Source of the DNA: Rhizophagus irregularis
Lineage: Eukaryota
Length of the DNA: 64,000 nucleotides
Direction of reading: 5' to 3'
Assembly: GCF_026210795.1 (NCBI RefSeq)
Contig: NC_089430.1
Span: forward strand, 2,728,001 to 2,792,000
Shown: positions 41,001-54,591 of the stretch, one piece after another
Layout: each line of letters begins with the position of its first letter
How positions within the stretch are numbered: position 1 is the first letter of the stretch
Notes under the pieces: generated by a model
What the model saw: only the letters and a program-made list of their open reading frames with translations
Databases searched by the model: none
What the model was told of the DNA's origin: nothing
Made by a program: the position numbers and the translations under genes

Positions 41001-44000
41001 GATAATTTTGTAACAAGATTATGTATGTTTTTTTTCTTGAGAACAATAATTTTAATAATAGAATTGCATCAATAAAGAAAATTTTATCCTTGTATTTTTT
41101 GTATTTTTAATTGATGTAATCTCGAACAAAAATAATAAAAAAAAAAATAAGGGAAAAAATTTATAAAGAATAAATTGTAATGATTGGCGCGTAACTTGAA
41201 CCGTAATTTGTAATTTGATGACGTTAGAAACTTTTTTAATAAATCTCCGAAAAATTGAACAAAGAAAAAAAATTTTACGTCACATTAAAAAAGAAGTACA
41301 CAAAAAAAGTGACATGATTGAGTGACATTTAATGCCTAAATGAACCATCATATTGATACGTGGATTATAATTTCCAGTAAAATTAGATGAAATTTAATTC
41401 GTTCAATAATTTTATATCTAATTTATCTTAATCTAATAAGGAAATTCGTTTAGAATATGCTATCTATTAAAAAGGATAACATGTGAACATGTGACAAGAA
41501 TAAATTTAAACGGTTCATTAAAAAAGTACAAATTAGAAAAGTAACAGTTTAACCCATTCTCATTGTTCTTTTCTTTTTTACTTATATGGTCGATTGTTAT
41601 TTAACATTGTTCTAAATGATATGATGAATTAAGATATTCGTAATACTCTTTTTATAATTTTACTTTTTTTATATGATGTCGTAAAACCATAATAAATATT
41701 ATAAACTCATGCAGGTTTTAATTTTTAAATATTTAATAACAAACTTTCTTTCTATTGAAAGTTCGATACTTATTATACAGGTAATTATGAATAATTTTAG
41801 AAATCCTAAATTACCCGGTGTCCTAATAAATAAAATATTACAGAATTGTTTTAAAATAAATATGCGTGATATTATGCGTATTGCAACTATTTGCTTAGAG
41901 ACTGGCATAACTTTAATAAACAATATTTCCCATTTTGAAAAAATTATGCTATGTATTTTGTAATACCAAATGGTTCGCATAAACATTTGCACATATGCAA
42001 ATTATGCAAACTATGCCCAAATTCTAAATATAGGTTTTTTTTTAGGTGTTTATCAAATTATAAATTATCGAAAAAATCTAAGTTAATTTTAAATGATTAT
42101 AAAATGAAATAATACTATTGTTGCAAACTAATGGTTAAAGTTTCAGCCGTTTTTATATATATCCTTCAAAAGATTTTTAGTTTTGAATAACATATGATTA
42201 TTCACAAATTACGCAAATTACGTAAATTACATGATTTTAATAAGAAATCACGATTATTCCGTATCTCCCCCCCATGTACCCCTGTACAATGAAATCTTTT
42301 TTTTTTTATTCAAAACTGTCAAATAATATTTATTCATGCATATTATTTCACGATCATTTAATCATTTCATCATATTCAACCACATAATTTTTTTTTTTAA
42401 CTCTAAACTGATTCCGGTTAATTAATTCAACCAAAAAAATTAGGAAATCTTTCGTCATATTCAATGTATGCAGGGGTGTGGCTTAGCTTAGCTTGGCGTC
42501 AATGAATGATAGTTATTTTTTATTTACATAAAAATATACTAATTTCATTCGTTTATACAGTATAATGTTTTTCTTATTATCGTCTAGGACAAGGTTTTTT
42601 CAATTTGTTTTGACGATCAAAATAAACAAATTTTTTTTTTTTAAATCAAATTCATTTTTTTTTTCTTATCGTACCGAAATCGATAAAAATTGAGATCTGT
42701 GAAATTCAATTTTTAGTAATAATATTGTTACATGATAATAAATATAACAAATCCTTATTCAAATTTAAATATTAAAGTTCAGGAAAAAAAAAAAATTAAA
42801 AATTTAAAAAGAATCATCAAATCCAAAATAACAATCATATTTATTATAATACGAAAAAAAAAAAATTTATATTTTCTAGTATTGGTGCCACAAGAATGAG
42901 GGGGGTGGGATTTGATTATTCATCGGGATCAAAAATTCTTGATGGTGTTATCAAACGATTTCAATATAATGTAGTTTTGATTAATGTATTATTTATTGTT
43001 ATTTATTGAACCCGGGAATTCTGCATCCCATGCACAAAAAAAAATTCAGCCCGTATTACATTACACAATGAAATATTCGAGAAATGACCCGAACGAATTG
43101 ATGGATTTTTTGATCGGTTATGAAGATCTTTGTTTCTCAACAGTTGTTTGATGTTTTCCATCTTTGTCCCAATTCAAAAATACATAAAAAAAAAAATAAT
43201 AATAATAAATAAAATCTGACCATAGGGAGAAGAGCGACTAGACTATTAATTTTTTTTAAACTAAATCGGGAATTTAATAATATTACCAAAAATTGCCTAA
43301 AATAAAATCTAATAAATTTTTATACGGTCTATAGCGACCAATCAGGAAATTTAATTATCTTCATGATTATATGAATAATTCCGAACGAAATTCCGATTTT
43401 TTCATCGAATAATATCAATCATCATCAAATAATCGAAGAAAGAAAAAAATAAAATAAATAAAATATTTTTCTTTTATATTTTTCAAACAATTAAGAATTT
43501 TTTTTGGAATTAAATAAGAATATTTAAAACTCTCATGTTTCCAAATTAAATAACTTGATTATTAACGGGTAATTTTTTTTTTCTTATTCAGGTAAATTTA
43601 GTAAATAATATTACAAAAAAAAAAATAATACCGAAGAAATTCCTTATTCGTTGATATAAAACGCGATATTGTGACATTAAAGATAAATATGTTTGTTACA
43701 TTGTTACACTCCCAAAAGAATCAAAACTGGTGTAACTAAACTTCTCATAATACTAATTAGGTCCTTATTTTTGACATTTATTTACGTTAATTATTTAATT
43801 GTATAATAATAATAATTATTATTATTATTATTTTCTTTGAGATCACAATAAATAATAAATAAATAAAAAAAACACGCAAAAAAATATCCACGTATTTTAT
43901 CCATCTGTTGATTTGGCTGATTCTACTTATGAATGAATGAACAAAGATTATTTCAAATCCAGGAATTAAACACTAGCCATAATCGTATTAAACAGTCACA

Positions 44001-45407
44001 AGTTGGCTAATTATGTTTCAAATTTTCATTTCGTCCAATTGAGCCAGTTGAGCCATTATGGCCTTACATTATTGTTACATTATAAAACGTTCATTAAATA
44101 TGTCTCACATAATAAAAAAAAATAAAGAAAAGAAGAAAATTTTTTTTTCAATTAGGGGAAATACATGAATATACTAATTTTGTTATAATTATAATACGAA
44201 ACAAGGTGAGGTTGAGATTTTTAAGTTATTTATAATTTCGGAGAATGCGGAGACAATATTTCTACCCAAATTTATTAAAAAAAATTTGGGGAAACAAAAT
44301 GATTTCAACAAAGATAAGAAGGAAAGATTAAAGTTTTACAATGTTCTTATCTCAATTGTTGTGTTGATCACTTATTAAACAAGTTTTTTTTTTCTTTTTA
44401 ATATAAAAAATTTTTTTTTTTTTTATTACATCTATTAATTATATAATATACAGTATTTATAATTGAGAATATATATATATATATAATGTTCAAAATAAGC
44501 TGTTTGTTTCACTTTCTTCAGGGGTATACAGTTTTAATTTCTTTTTTTATTATAAACTTATTGTTTCTATTTGCTTATCGCATGCGAGTAAAAAATTTTT
44601 TTTTTCGTGTAAAAAAAAAAAAAAAAATTTCACTACTCTTTTTCCATTGCAAAAAAAATATACGTAAAAAAAAAAAGTAAAAATTTATAGATGTACATAT
44701 ATATATATATATATATTTGAATACACTATAATATATTTATGATTAAATTAAAGTGACAAATGTGATATGGTGATCAACATATTTGGTTAGTATGAACTTA
44801 AAACGGTATTACAACATGTACAACATGAACAATTTTTTTTGTGATCTAATTTTAAAGGTATTTTATTTTTTTTGAAACATTTTATTTAGTCTCGAATTAG
44901 GCAATGATCAACCTATTAATTAAAGTTATTAAGTGCAAATTTTTTTTATATTTTTATAATTCAAATATTGATTCCAATCAAGGATCTACCGTATTCGTTG
45001 AATAAATGTTGTGCCAACATTTATAAAAAAACAAAGAATATTGTAATATAAAAAAAAAATTTTTTTTTTATTACCCACAAAAATATTTCAATTGGAAAAT
45101 TTTTTCAATACCAATCATAATTGATACTAAAATGTTAATTTAAAAAAAAAACAGTATAAATTCATCGAGGATCAGGAAAAAAAAAAATTCTCTCGCTTTG
45201 ACCTCTTTCTCTCTTTCATTATAATAAATTTTTTTTTTTTTGGTCTATTCTTTTTTTTATTATTATTATTATTAATATTTTTGAAATATATATATTATTT
45301 TGTTTTTTTAGAAATAAATATAAAACATATATATATATAATTTATATATATATATATATACTGTATACATTTTTTTTTAGAATTTTTATTATATTTAATT
45401 TATACAA

Positions 45408-48400
45408 ATGTTGCGCGGCGCGAAACATTCGTTGAAAAAAAAGAATAGTACTTCTAAAAATGAAAAGAAACCAAGTTTACGTAAGACCATGTCCACAAAG
45501 AAAGAAGTTAGACGTGATGTGGCTCAAAACATCACTTTAGAAGAGGTTCATTTGATTATAAAAAGATGTTCTGATGAAATAAGATTACGAGGTTTACGTG
45601 AGGTTGATATTTTTAAACCTTTAAACATAGGTGATAGTATGGATGAAGTCAGAAAACTTTTAAAATATTTATTAAAAGATAGTCGTACGGAATATGAGGA
45701 TATAATAAGATCTTATAATATTCATGCCGTAGTTTCAGCAATGAAATGGGCTTTAAGACGTAGTGATACCGTATTAGTACCATATCAATATTATGAAGAA
45801 TTTGTTAAATATGAACAAGGTATTTATTTATTTTATTTTTATTAAAAAAATATTTTTTTTTCATTTTTTTTTGCGCAGCATTAGACCTTTTTTTCTCCCC
45901 CTCCTCCCCAAAATCCTTATTTTGTCAATAATTTTAATTTAATTTTTATTAAAAGTAAAAAAATCCCTTGTTTATTTTTTTACGTACGAAACAAATTCAA
46001 ATAATACATGCAGTTAATTTTTTATTTGATATACAAATAATAATAATAATAATATACATGTAAATAATATTAGTCTTTATGCAGAAATTATTTTTAATCC
46101 TAGCATCACAAAAATGCTGGTAATTTTTTTAACTGCGCAATTTGATTGAGTCACGTGAAATCCTTTTTTTTTTAACAAAACAATTTATTTATTTATTTTT
46201 TTTCTTTTTTAATAGAATGGGATTATGATCCGAGTAAAGGTTCTTTCAAGAAATTTTTAGATTATTTACCAAAACAAAATAGAGATATTTTATGTGAATT
46301 ATTCGATATTTGCGCTGATGTAACGGCTGAATCTCATATAAATAAAATGTCGGCTGAAAGAATCGTTAAAACAATAGCGCTTTGTATTCTTGGTAATAAA
46401 GATAGAGGTTATTCAAATTTTGATACTGCTTATGATGATTGGACAAAATATTCTGCTGCTTGTCATCACTTATTTTTGGCTTATTTACGTGAAAAATCTG
46501 TTTCAACTGAATTAAATCCTCGTTTAACAAAATTATTGGATAATTATGTTGAATATAGAAAGACTGTAACTTCTGCTTTCTTTCAATTCCCTGATTCAAA
46601 TTCTGATTCTAAAAAACAAAATAGACCTCGTAAACAATCTATTGTTACTTTTGCTGAAACTACTGAAATTAAAACAACTGCAACTACAACTACTGCAACT
46701 ACTTCTTCAAGTACAATAAGACCTGTTAGTATTTTAAGAGTAACAAGACAAGTTCCAACGACAAATTCTAATTCTAATAATAGACAAACGAAAACTTTAA
46801 CAACTTTTTTACCTGATGTGATGGATAGTATGAAACGTAAAACAATAATTCGTCCAAGTACTATGATGACTGCTGATGAAAAAAAATCTGCTGAAGATAT
46901 GTGGGATGAATTTCAAACAAATGGTGTTACTGCTATGTCTGATGATTTTTTGAAATTATTTTTCTCACTTGAAGATAGAGCTAAAAATGTAAAAATTAGT
47001 GATACTGTTAGTGAAAAACAATGGACTCAATTTTCAAGAAAAGGTTTTAAAAGTATTTATTTAGATCCTTTACCTGATAAATTAGATGATATTATAGAAA
47101 CTTCTGAAAGTGGTATAACAAGTGAAGGAAATAATTCAAGTTTATCAGATTCTACTAGTAAAGAAAAAAGTTCTAATCAAGAAATTTCTTTATCAAGAAA
47201 TGATTCCGGTGTTTCCGGTGTTACATTACGTCAAACTATGGTTTGGGATGATTTTTCAAAAAAAGGTTTTCGTAATTCCGTTGATAATGTATCAAATAGT
47301 TTAACTCTCACTTCAGCTGATTCAATAAGAAATTCAATAAGAGATGATGAGAATAGTAAAAATAATAGTAGTTTACAAAGTGAAGTAGAAGAGAAAGAAA
47401 GGTCAATGAGTCAAGTTATTTCTCTTATTAAAAAGAAATCAATAAGTGGTAGTAGAAAAATTGTTAAATTCAGTTCATTAAGAAAACCTCGAAGGGCTAG
47501 ATCTTTTGAATCTACTCAATCTTCTCCAGATTTTTCTAATGATAAAGAAGAAGATTGGGAAGATTGGGATATTATTGACCGAGCTCAAGATTTACCTATT
47601 ACAACTCATTTGGCTATTGAAACCGTTGATGAGATTTTCCCTTACGTATGGATGGAAACTACTGCCGCAGCTGATGGTGATAAATGGGGTGATTGGGTAT
47701 TTATTGAACCAAAAAAAGGTTTAATAAATGAATGTGAATGGGTAATGATTGAAGAAGAATCTCAAGTATTTTCTGAATGGGATGTTGCTACTACAAAAAC
47801 TATTACTCGAAGAAGAAAAATGAGCGCTTTTAGTACATTTAGTATACCTTGGGTTAGAGGAAATTCAAAATCAAGACCTGTTAGTAAAGTTACTTCAAGA
47901 ATGTCAAGAGTATCAAAATATTCGATGGCTTCAAGTGTTATGCCAACTCTTCCAGCTGTTTGGGCAATGTTTGATCGTTCAAGACCTGATGATAATAGTG
48001 TTCCAACGAATTATAAATTCAAAAATAAGCCAAAAGATCCAAAAAGTTTTGCATATCAAGCAGCACAAGTTCGAGCATCAATCATGCAAACTGGTTTTGA
48101 TGATGGTGCTGAAGCAACGTTACAATATGAAGAACAATATGTTGAAGGTGAATACGAATATGATGATGCAGATTATGATTATGAAACTGATCCAACAGGA
48201 GAAAATGGTTATTACGGTTATTCATCTGATCCAGGTTATTATGGTCATTATAATGAATATGATGAATATCAAGAAGAAGAAGAATATTATGGTGATGAAT
48301 ATTATGATCAAGATTATAACGAACAAGATTATAATGATCAACAATATAATGAACAACAATATAATGGTTATAATGAAGATGATTATTATTATCAAGATCA

Positions 48401-48686
48401 AGGAGAAGGATATTCTGAATATTCCGGATACGAATATGCTGAAGAAGTTGAAGAAGTAGTTGAAGAACAATATACAATTCCAACACCAGGAAGTTTTGTA
48501 GCGCAACGTCAAATGGTGTTACAAGGAGAATTACCAGCTTTAAAATCTTTACCAAAAAGGACTTTCCAAGGACTTTCTCATGAAAGCAAATACAACAATA
48601 GCAAATTATTCCCCATGCAATCATCCGAACGATTAACATATCAAAGACCCTCGATAAGTCCAAAAGTCACTCAAATCAAAGCATAA
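45408..48686 (+). CDS. Msb1/Mug8-like RhoGAP-fold protein, ~960 aa, acidic Tyr-rich C-terminal tract
   Basis: Intron 45820-46215 joins the two ORFs in frame. Motifs CSDEIRLRGL, SAMKWALR, LPKQNRDILCELF, NKMSAERI, ACHHLFLAYLR. Confidence 0.8.
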
Positions 48687-50047
48687 TTTAATTATATTCT
48701 CCTATTTATATGTGACGATGCGACGTTATTATTATGTTATTATTCATGTATAAATAATTTTTTTTTTAAAAAAAAACCTTGTATTTACACTTTCACTATT
48801 TTATTTGGCATTCAATTATTATTATTATTATATTAATAAATTTATCATTATATATATTACATTTTATTCATAATTATTCTCTTTTCTTATTTCATAACGA
48901 AATTTATTATTTTTTTTTTCTTTTTAATATTGCATATTATATAAACCTCCTCTTTTATAATCATTTTATATTCGTCATATTGTATTATTTACATCAAAAA
49001 TCCTATCTTTTAAAATTTTATTCCATTTTTTTATGCCCCCTTTTTTTTATATATCTTTACACATATGTTTAATTTTTTTAAGGTGTGGTTTTTTTTATAG
49101 CTGTGCTTTTTAAAAAACCAAAAGAAAAAAAAAAAATTTTTTTTTGAGACATGACAACCGATGAATTTGATGAATTTGAGAAATATTTCTTTTTTGCTTA
49201 CTTAAAAAAAAACAAAAGAAATAATAAAAAAAAAAAAATCAAATTTATCTTTTATAACAAAAGTATCTTTAATTATTATTATATATTTTTTTATTAATTT
49301 GTTAGCAAAGATTTTTTTTTTATTTTTCTTTTTTCTTTTTTTTATAATATATATATATTTTTTTTAAAAAAATATATAATAATAATAAATAAAATAAAAT
49401 TAAAATAAAAAAAATAAAGGGATTGTGAATTTTTCACAATTTTTAATATAAATATAAATAAATATCTTGTTTTTTTATAATTTTTATTTTTTAAAAAAAT
49501 GTTGAGAAAATGAGAAAATAATCGAAAAATATTTTTTTTTTATTTTTTTATTTTTTTATATATTTTATACGTGGGTACGCGGGTACAAAAAATGTCAATT
49601 TTCTTTTTTGATCATTTTTATCAAGATCTCGATCGATCATAAGAAATCTTAAAATTTAAAATATTTAAAATTTAAACGAGTGCATTATCTTTAATTTAAT
49701 ACCGGGTATGAATTTTAATATTAAATGCTGATTATATTAAATAGATCATGTCAAACTTGTCAATTTTTTGTCAATTTATCATTACGAAAATAAAATATAT
49801 TTTTAAAATATAATAAAACAAAATATTATTTATTCATAGATATCACCAAAAAAAAATCTGATATATATAATATATATACATACAAAATATATAAAATATA
49901 AAATATATATATATATAAATAAAACATAAAAATTATATATATATATAGTAAAATTCCTTACGTACGTGAAACTATCAAAATCTGTAAAAATCTGTAAACG
50001 AACATTTCAAAAAAAAAAAAACATTTACTTTTTGAAATTCAAAATGA

Positions 50048-50900
50048 TTAAACGCTCCTAAATCTTTTCCTTCCAACTTGAGAATTATCAAAAATCATCT
50101 TTAAACTATAATTAAAAGAAAGTTGAATTGAAATAAATTGGTCATTATCATTCCTTTCACTTCTCCAAACAATATTTAATTCAGGAAAAGTTGAATATAA
50201 ATGTTGAGCAATTTCATTTTCAACTTCTTTTAACATACGATAAGCCGTAGAATTAAATGCTCTTAAAATAATAGGGTCAATCTCAGGTTCACTTCTTGCT
50301 CTATTAACTGAAATTAATTCTTGACTCGCGTTAATAAAGATACTTTTTCCTAATTGAGATACATGCTTTAAAATTAATGATTCTAAAGCTCGAACAAATT
50401 TATCCAATATATTTGAAGCTGATGCCAAAGCAACATCAACCCTAGTATCTCTTGGCTTAATCTGAAAATAATCAAGCTCTTCTTCTAATTCCTTCCTGGT
50501 CACGTTGGTACCGTTTCTTGCTCCAAGAACAGTTCGAGTATCCCAAAGAATTTGACCTGTACGATAATATTCCATGATGTAATGAAATGCTTTACTATTC
50601 CTGTCAAAAAAATATTCCCCATTTTCATTGGGATTTCGGAGACTACGATTACGTTCTTGAAACATGGTTCCGAGTAAAGTATCGGGATGTGCAATCAATG
50701 TTGATCGATAAGTTTCATACTATGTACGTAAAAAAATACGTATACATATTTATTTATATACATTTTTATTAATTCTATATAATGAATATAATAAGCGCAT
50801 CAAAAAGAAAAAAAAAATAATAATAATATGATAAACATAATACTTTTATACCGCCAACATTTAAAATTATACGCTCTTCGGGTAAAATTCGTGAAGACAT
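50048..50900 (-). CDS. KCTD/T1-type BTB/POZ domain protein, 242 aa
   Basis: Exon 1 50900-50844 (MSSRILPEERIILNVGGIK) and exon 2 50719-50048 (YETYRSTLIAHPDTLLGTMF..YFFDRNSKAFHYIMEYYRTG..ELDYFQI). Confidence 0.92.
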
Positions 50901-51569
50901 TGTTATCTTTAGAAAAATCAAATGAATTAGAAAATATGTGGACTTAATATTTTTTATCCCTTATTTTTTTTATTTTTTTTGGTAATATTCTGGTGATAAA
51001 TATCATGATTTATTGTAAAAATTGGATTCATTTCTCGTGAATTAAATCCAAAAATGAAATAGTCATACCCAAATTGAGTCGATAAGATAAGACCCCTAAA
51101 TTATTAAAAGTATTTACAATGGAAACAATGAAAAAGATCAAAGATGATTTAATTGACTTGAAGTAATTTATATGATTTCAAAGTTTGTTTTCATATCATA
51201 ACTTCATAATTATAGTTAATTATAGTTAATTATTAGGATTATTGATTTTGATTTTGAGATAATAAGTGTTTCTCTCGATTTAATTTTATAATAATATTTC
51301 CTTTATCACGTGATTTCGTCTCGAGAACTTTCCTTCATGATCACTAAAATAATTCAAGCGATATAAAAAGCTATAAAATTGATGATAAGATTTAAATCAT
51401 TTTCTTTATTATACTGAAACATCCTTTTCACTTTATACAAGAATATTTCTTTTCAACTATCATTACGTAAAAAAAATGGTAATTCTTTCTCTTATTGATC
51501 TGAAGAAAATATTTAAAAGAACTCCAATATAAACAAGAGAAATTTTAACTAATTTCTTAATCTTTTCCT

Positions 51570-52382
51570 ACTAATAAGAGAATTGTCTACATCTAATTTA
51601 ATATTATATATAAATAACCACTTCACCCCTTAAATTTTTGCATAACTTACGGATAACATCCAAATCAAGGAAAATTGATTATTGGTTGAGCGACTTCACA
51701 TATTGATTAGTTGAAATCATGAATGACCAACCAATATTTCCAAATCTTTGTAAATAAAATTCATCAATCAATGCTTCATCATGCTCGAAACAAACATTAA
51801 TAGCTTCTAGAAGATGTAATAACAATAACATTCCGTCATTCCGTCCAAAAATTAGTAGATGCATTATGGTCAAACCTATCAAATTTTAACAAATTCGTTA
51901 ATATCATGGTTGTTCAACGTTCTTCCAATCCAAAATACCCTTCACCAAATTACTTTTTACCTTTTATTTGTATCTGAAATAATCAATTTTTAATTCTAGT
52001 TCCTGCCTAGTTGCCGGAAGTTCTCCATCAAATTCTTGCAAATTATTAGGATCCTGACCTCACCATTACGATAAAGTCCATGATGCAATGAAATGCCCTT
52101 CCATTTTTATCTAAAAAAAGATTCCCTCTTGTCATTAGAAACTGTATAAGGGTTTATTATATCTTTCGTGAAACATCGTCCCAAGTAAAGTTTCAGGATA
52201 GACGATCAATATGGAACGAACCGTTTCGTATTTATTAACAAAGAGATTTAATCTTTATTTTTAATTCTCAAAAGGTCCTTGCTCATAAAAAGAAACTAAA
52301 AACTTACGTAACTTAATTTACTAACATTTAATATAATAAACAATTCAGAAAATAAAATTTATAAGCTTGAAGTTTCAATCAT
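51570..52382 (-). pseudogene. BTB/POZ pseudogene, tandem paralog
   Basis: Fragments IILNVS, KYETVRSILIVYPETLLGTMFHER and DKNGRAFHCIM with stops and frameshifts; 3' limit approximate. Confidence 0.8.
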
Positions 52383-53058
52383 ATTTTTTTTCTTATATAT
52401 ATGTTTACGAATAGAAGAGTCATCCCTGAAAGAAAAAAAAATATTATTTCCCACGATATTATTATTAAATTGCACGTGGTATTTATACTCGTGAAGTTTT
52501 TATTGTAGATCTTCATGTGACTTCTGGACAAATAAGATAATACCGTATTTTCAATTTCACTCGGACGGTAGCGTATGTCTCCTATTCCGCAGAATTTTTT
52601 TTTTCTGAAGGGTGGGTCGTGTTTTGGATAGGTATTATAGCTCAATTTTTAATAGTCAGTATAGTCGGACTTGTGCCGTTCCTGTATCTGTGAAATAGAT
52701 TGACTAGAATAACCGCTCTTCTTAAAATAAAATAAAATAAAATAAATGTCAAATGAAACTTTTTCACTTGAACAACTGACTACCTTAAACCGGGCGGGCT
52801 TAAAGGTAACAGCTTCTACTGTTCAATATTGAGAAGATTCGTATGATTATGTAAAACATAAAAAGACTGGTCAATTGGAATCGTCAATTGGAATTTGATA
52901 AACTCAAATTAAATAATACATACTCAATAATGATTCTTTGTACTTGATAGAAGAATGTCTCAATGTCTCAACCAGGCAAAGATCGAGAAGGATATACATT
53001 GGAGCGTTATCCGGACAGCATCAAGAAACATACAAAACATAAAGAAAGCTATATTACT

Positions 53059-53301
53059 TGCCATCGGAATTAATTACGGCATATGAAGCCTATATCGTAA
53101 TATATTAATTCGCCGTAATGTCGTAATTATTTAATGTCAAAAATACAAAAATTACACAAAGTAAATATTCTGGTTATGCCGTAGATAATTCGTAATTCGT
53201 AAATCTTATAATGCTGGTCTCGATGATTTGTTAAATATTTTTAAAATGGTAAAATCCATATTTTGTGATGCCGTAATTTCAATTCGGCAATTCCGACGGC
53301 A
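53059..53301. mobile_element. Probable MITE
   Basis: tgccatcggaatt / aattccgacggca ends and internal gccgtaat motifs; TSD unclear. Confidence 0.5.
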
Positions 53302-53591
53302 CCTATACAGAAAGCTCTAAATAGAATTATAGAGAAAAAGTATTTAAAGTATTTGTGAAACTATATTTAATATTTGACAATTGTTAACGATGCTTTCGAG
53401 ATTACGATGTTTGCCATTTTTCAAATGACCTTAGGAAATATCTTTTTTCTTTATAGCTATTTATCTCAGTGTCGTTATATAACAATGTCGACTTGTCAAC
53501 GTATATTGCAATATAATTTCTATTGTAATTTAATTTCTATTGTGATGATTTTTTTTTTGTTTTTTTCAGTCTAAATTTGGATATTCAAAAT

Positions 53592-54346
53592 GGTATCAGG
53601 ACATTTTGCCGAAAGCCATTTTGCCGAAGCCATTTCGCCGAAAGGACGTTTTGCCGAAACCTTGGGAAATCTGCGTTTCTTACATAAGTAAATTTTTACT
53701 TATTTTATTCAAGTATTAATTGTAACATTTGTAAATCTTACAATTTCACAAATAATTCTTAAAAGTTGATAATTGGAAAAATTGGAAAAATTTTTATTTT
53801 TTTATATTATTTTTTTTTAAAAAAATCCATTATGTTAAAATGTATATAAATATAAATTTTGAGCCTTCTGATTCACACTTTATTAATAAAATTAACAATT
53901 ATTTTTCCAGAATTATGAATATCCAGAAGTCCACTTGCAATTTGTTGTAATTTATCAATTTTTGAATAATAATCGATCTAATTTTTTATTCATATAGTAA
54001 TTTCTCAAATTTCCATCTTCACAGAATTGTAAAACCATCATATAATCTTACATGAATTACGAATTAAGGTTCATGATGAGATTAATAAATAAATAAAAAA
54101 ATTTTTTATTTTTATGATTACACGATTAATAATTTTATAAAATTGATATTTCTCATTTCGGAGAAATGGCTTCGGCGAAATGGGTTTCGGCGAAACGTCC
54201 TCGGCAAAATGGATGATTCGTCGAAACGGCTTCGGTGAAACATCCCTTCGGCGAAACGTCTCTTCGGCGAAACGTCTCTTCGGCGAAACATCTTTTCGGC
54301 AAAACATCCCTTCGGCGAAATGGCTTCGGCAAAACGTACCGTAACC
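53592..54346. mobile_element. Non-autonomous Mutator-like element
   Basis: Perfect 9-bp TSD ATTCAAAAT (53583-53591, 54347-54355), GG..CC termini, subterminal TTCGGCGAAA arrays; a related solo end lies at ~57736-57808. Confidence 0.88.
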
Positions 54347-54396
54347 ATTCAAAATTAATATTTGTTATATCTAGATTGTACAGTCAACTCTTCATA

Positions 54397-54591
54397 CCCT
54401 ATAAAAACGAAATGTGCTAAATTTGTTTTATATTTGTGCTCATGTGTAATAAATGTCTAAAAAAGCACCATTTTGTTTAATTTTGTTTATTTGTAATAAG
54501 ACATAAATCGGATAAAATGGTGCTTTTTTAGACATTTATTACACATGAACACGAATTTAAAATAAATTTAACACATTTCGTTTTTATAGGG
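54397..54591. mobile_element. Palindromic CMC-type MITE inserted in the end of a TACAGTCAACTC (pogo-like) relic
   Basis: CCCTATAAAAACGAAATGTG TIR; same family as 9297-9631. Confidence 0.85.

Noticed and set aside
41699..41992. Overlapping opposite-strand ORFs of 84 and 97 aa
   Set aside because: No recognisable motifs; compatible with chance.
46366..48663. Alternative-frame and antisense ORFs over the RhoGAP-like gene
   Set aside because: By-products of the low-complexity, biased codon usage of the real CDS.
54071..54420. ORFs of 61-93 aa
   Set aside because: Translations of TTCGGCGAAA subterminal repeats of a Mutator-like element.
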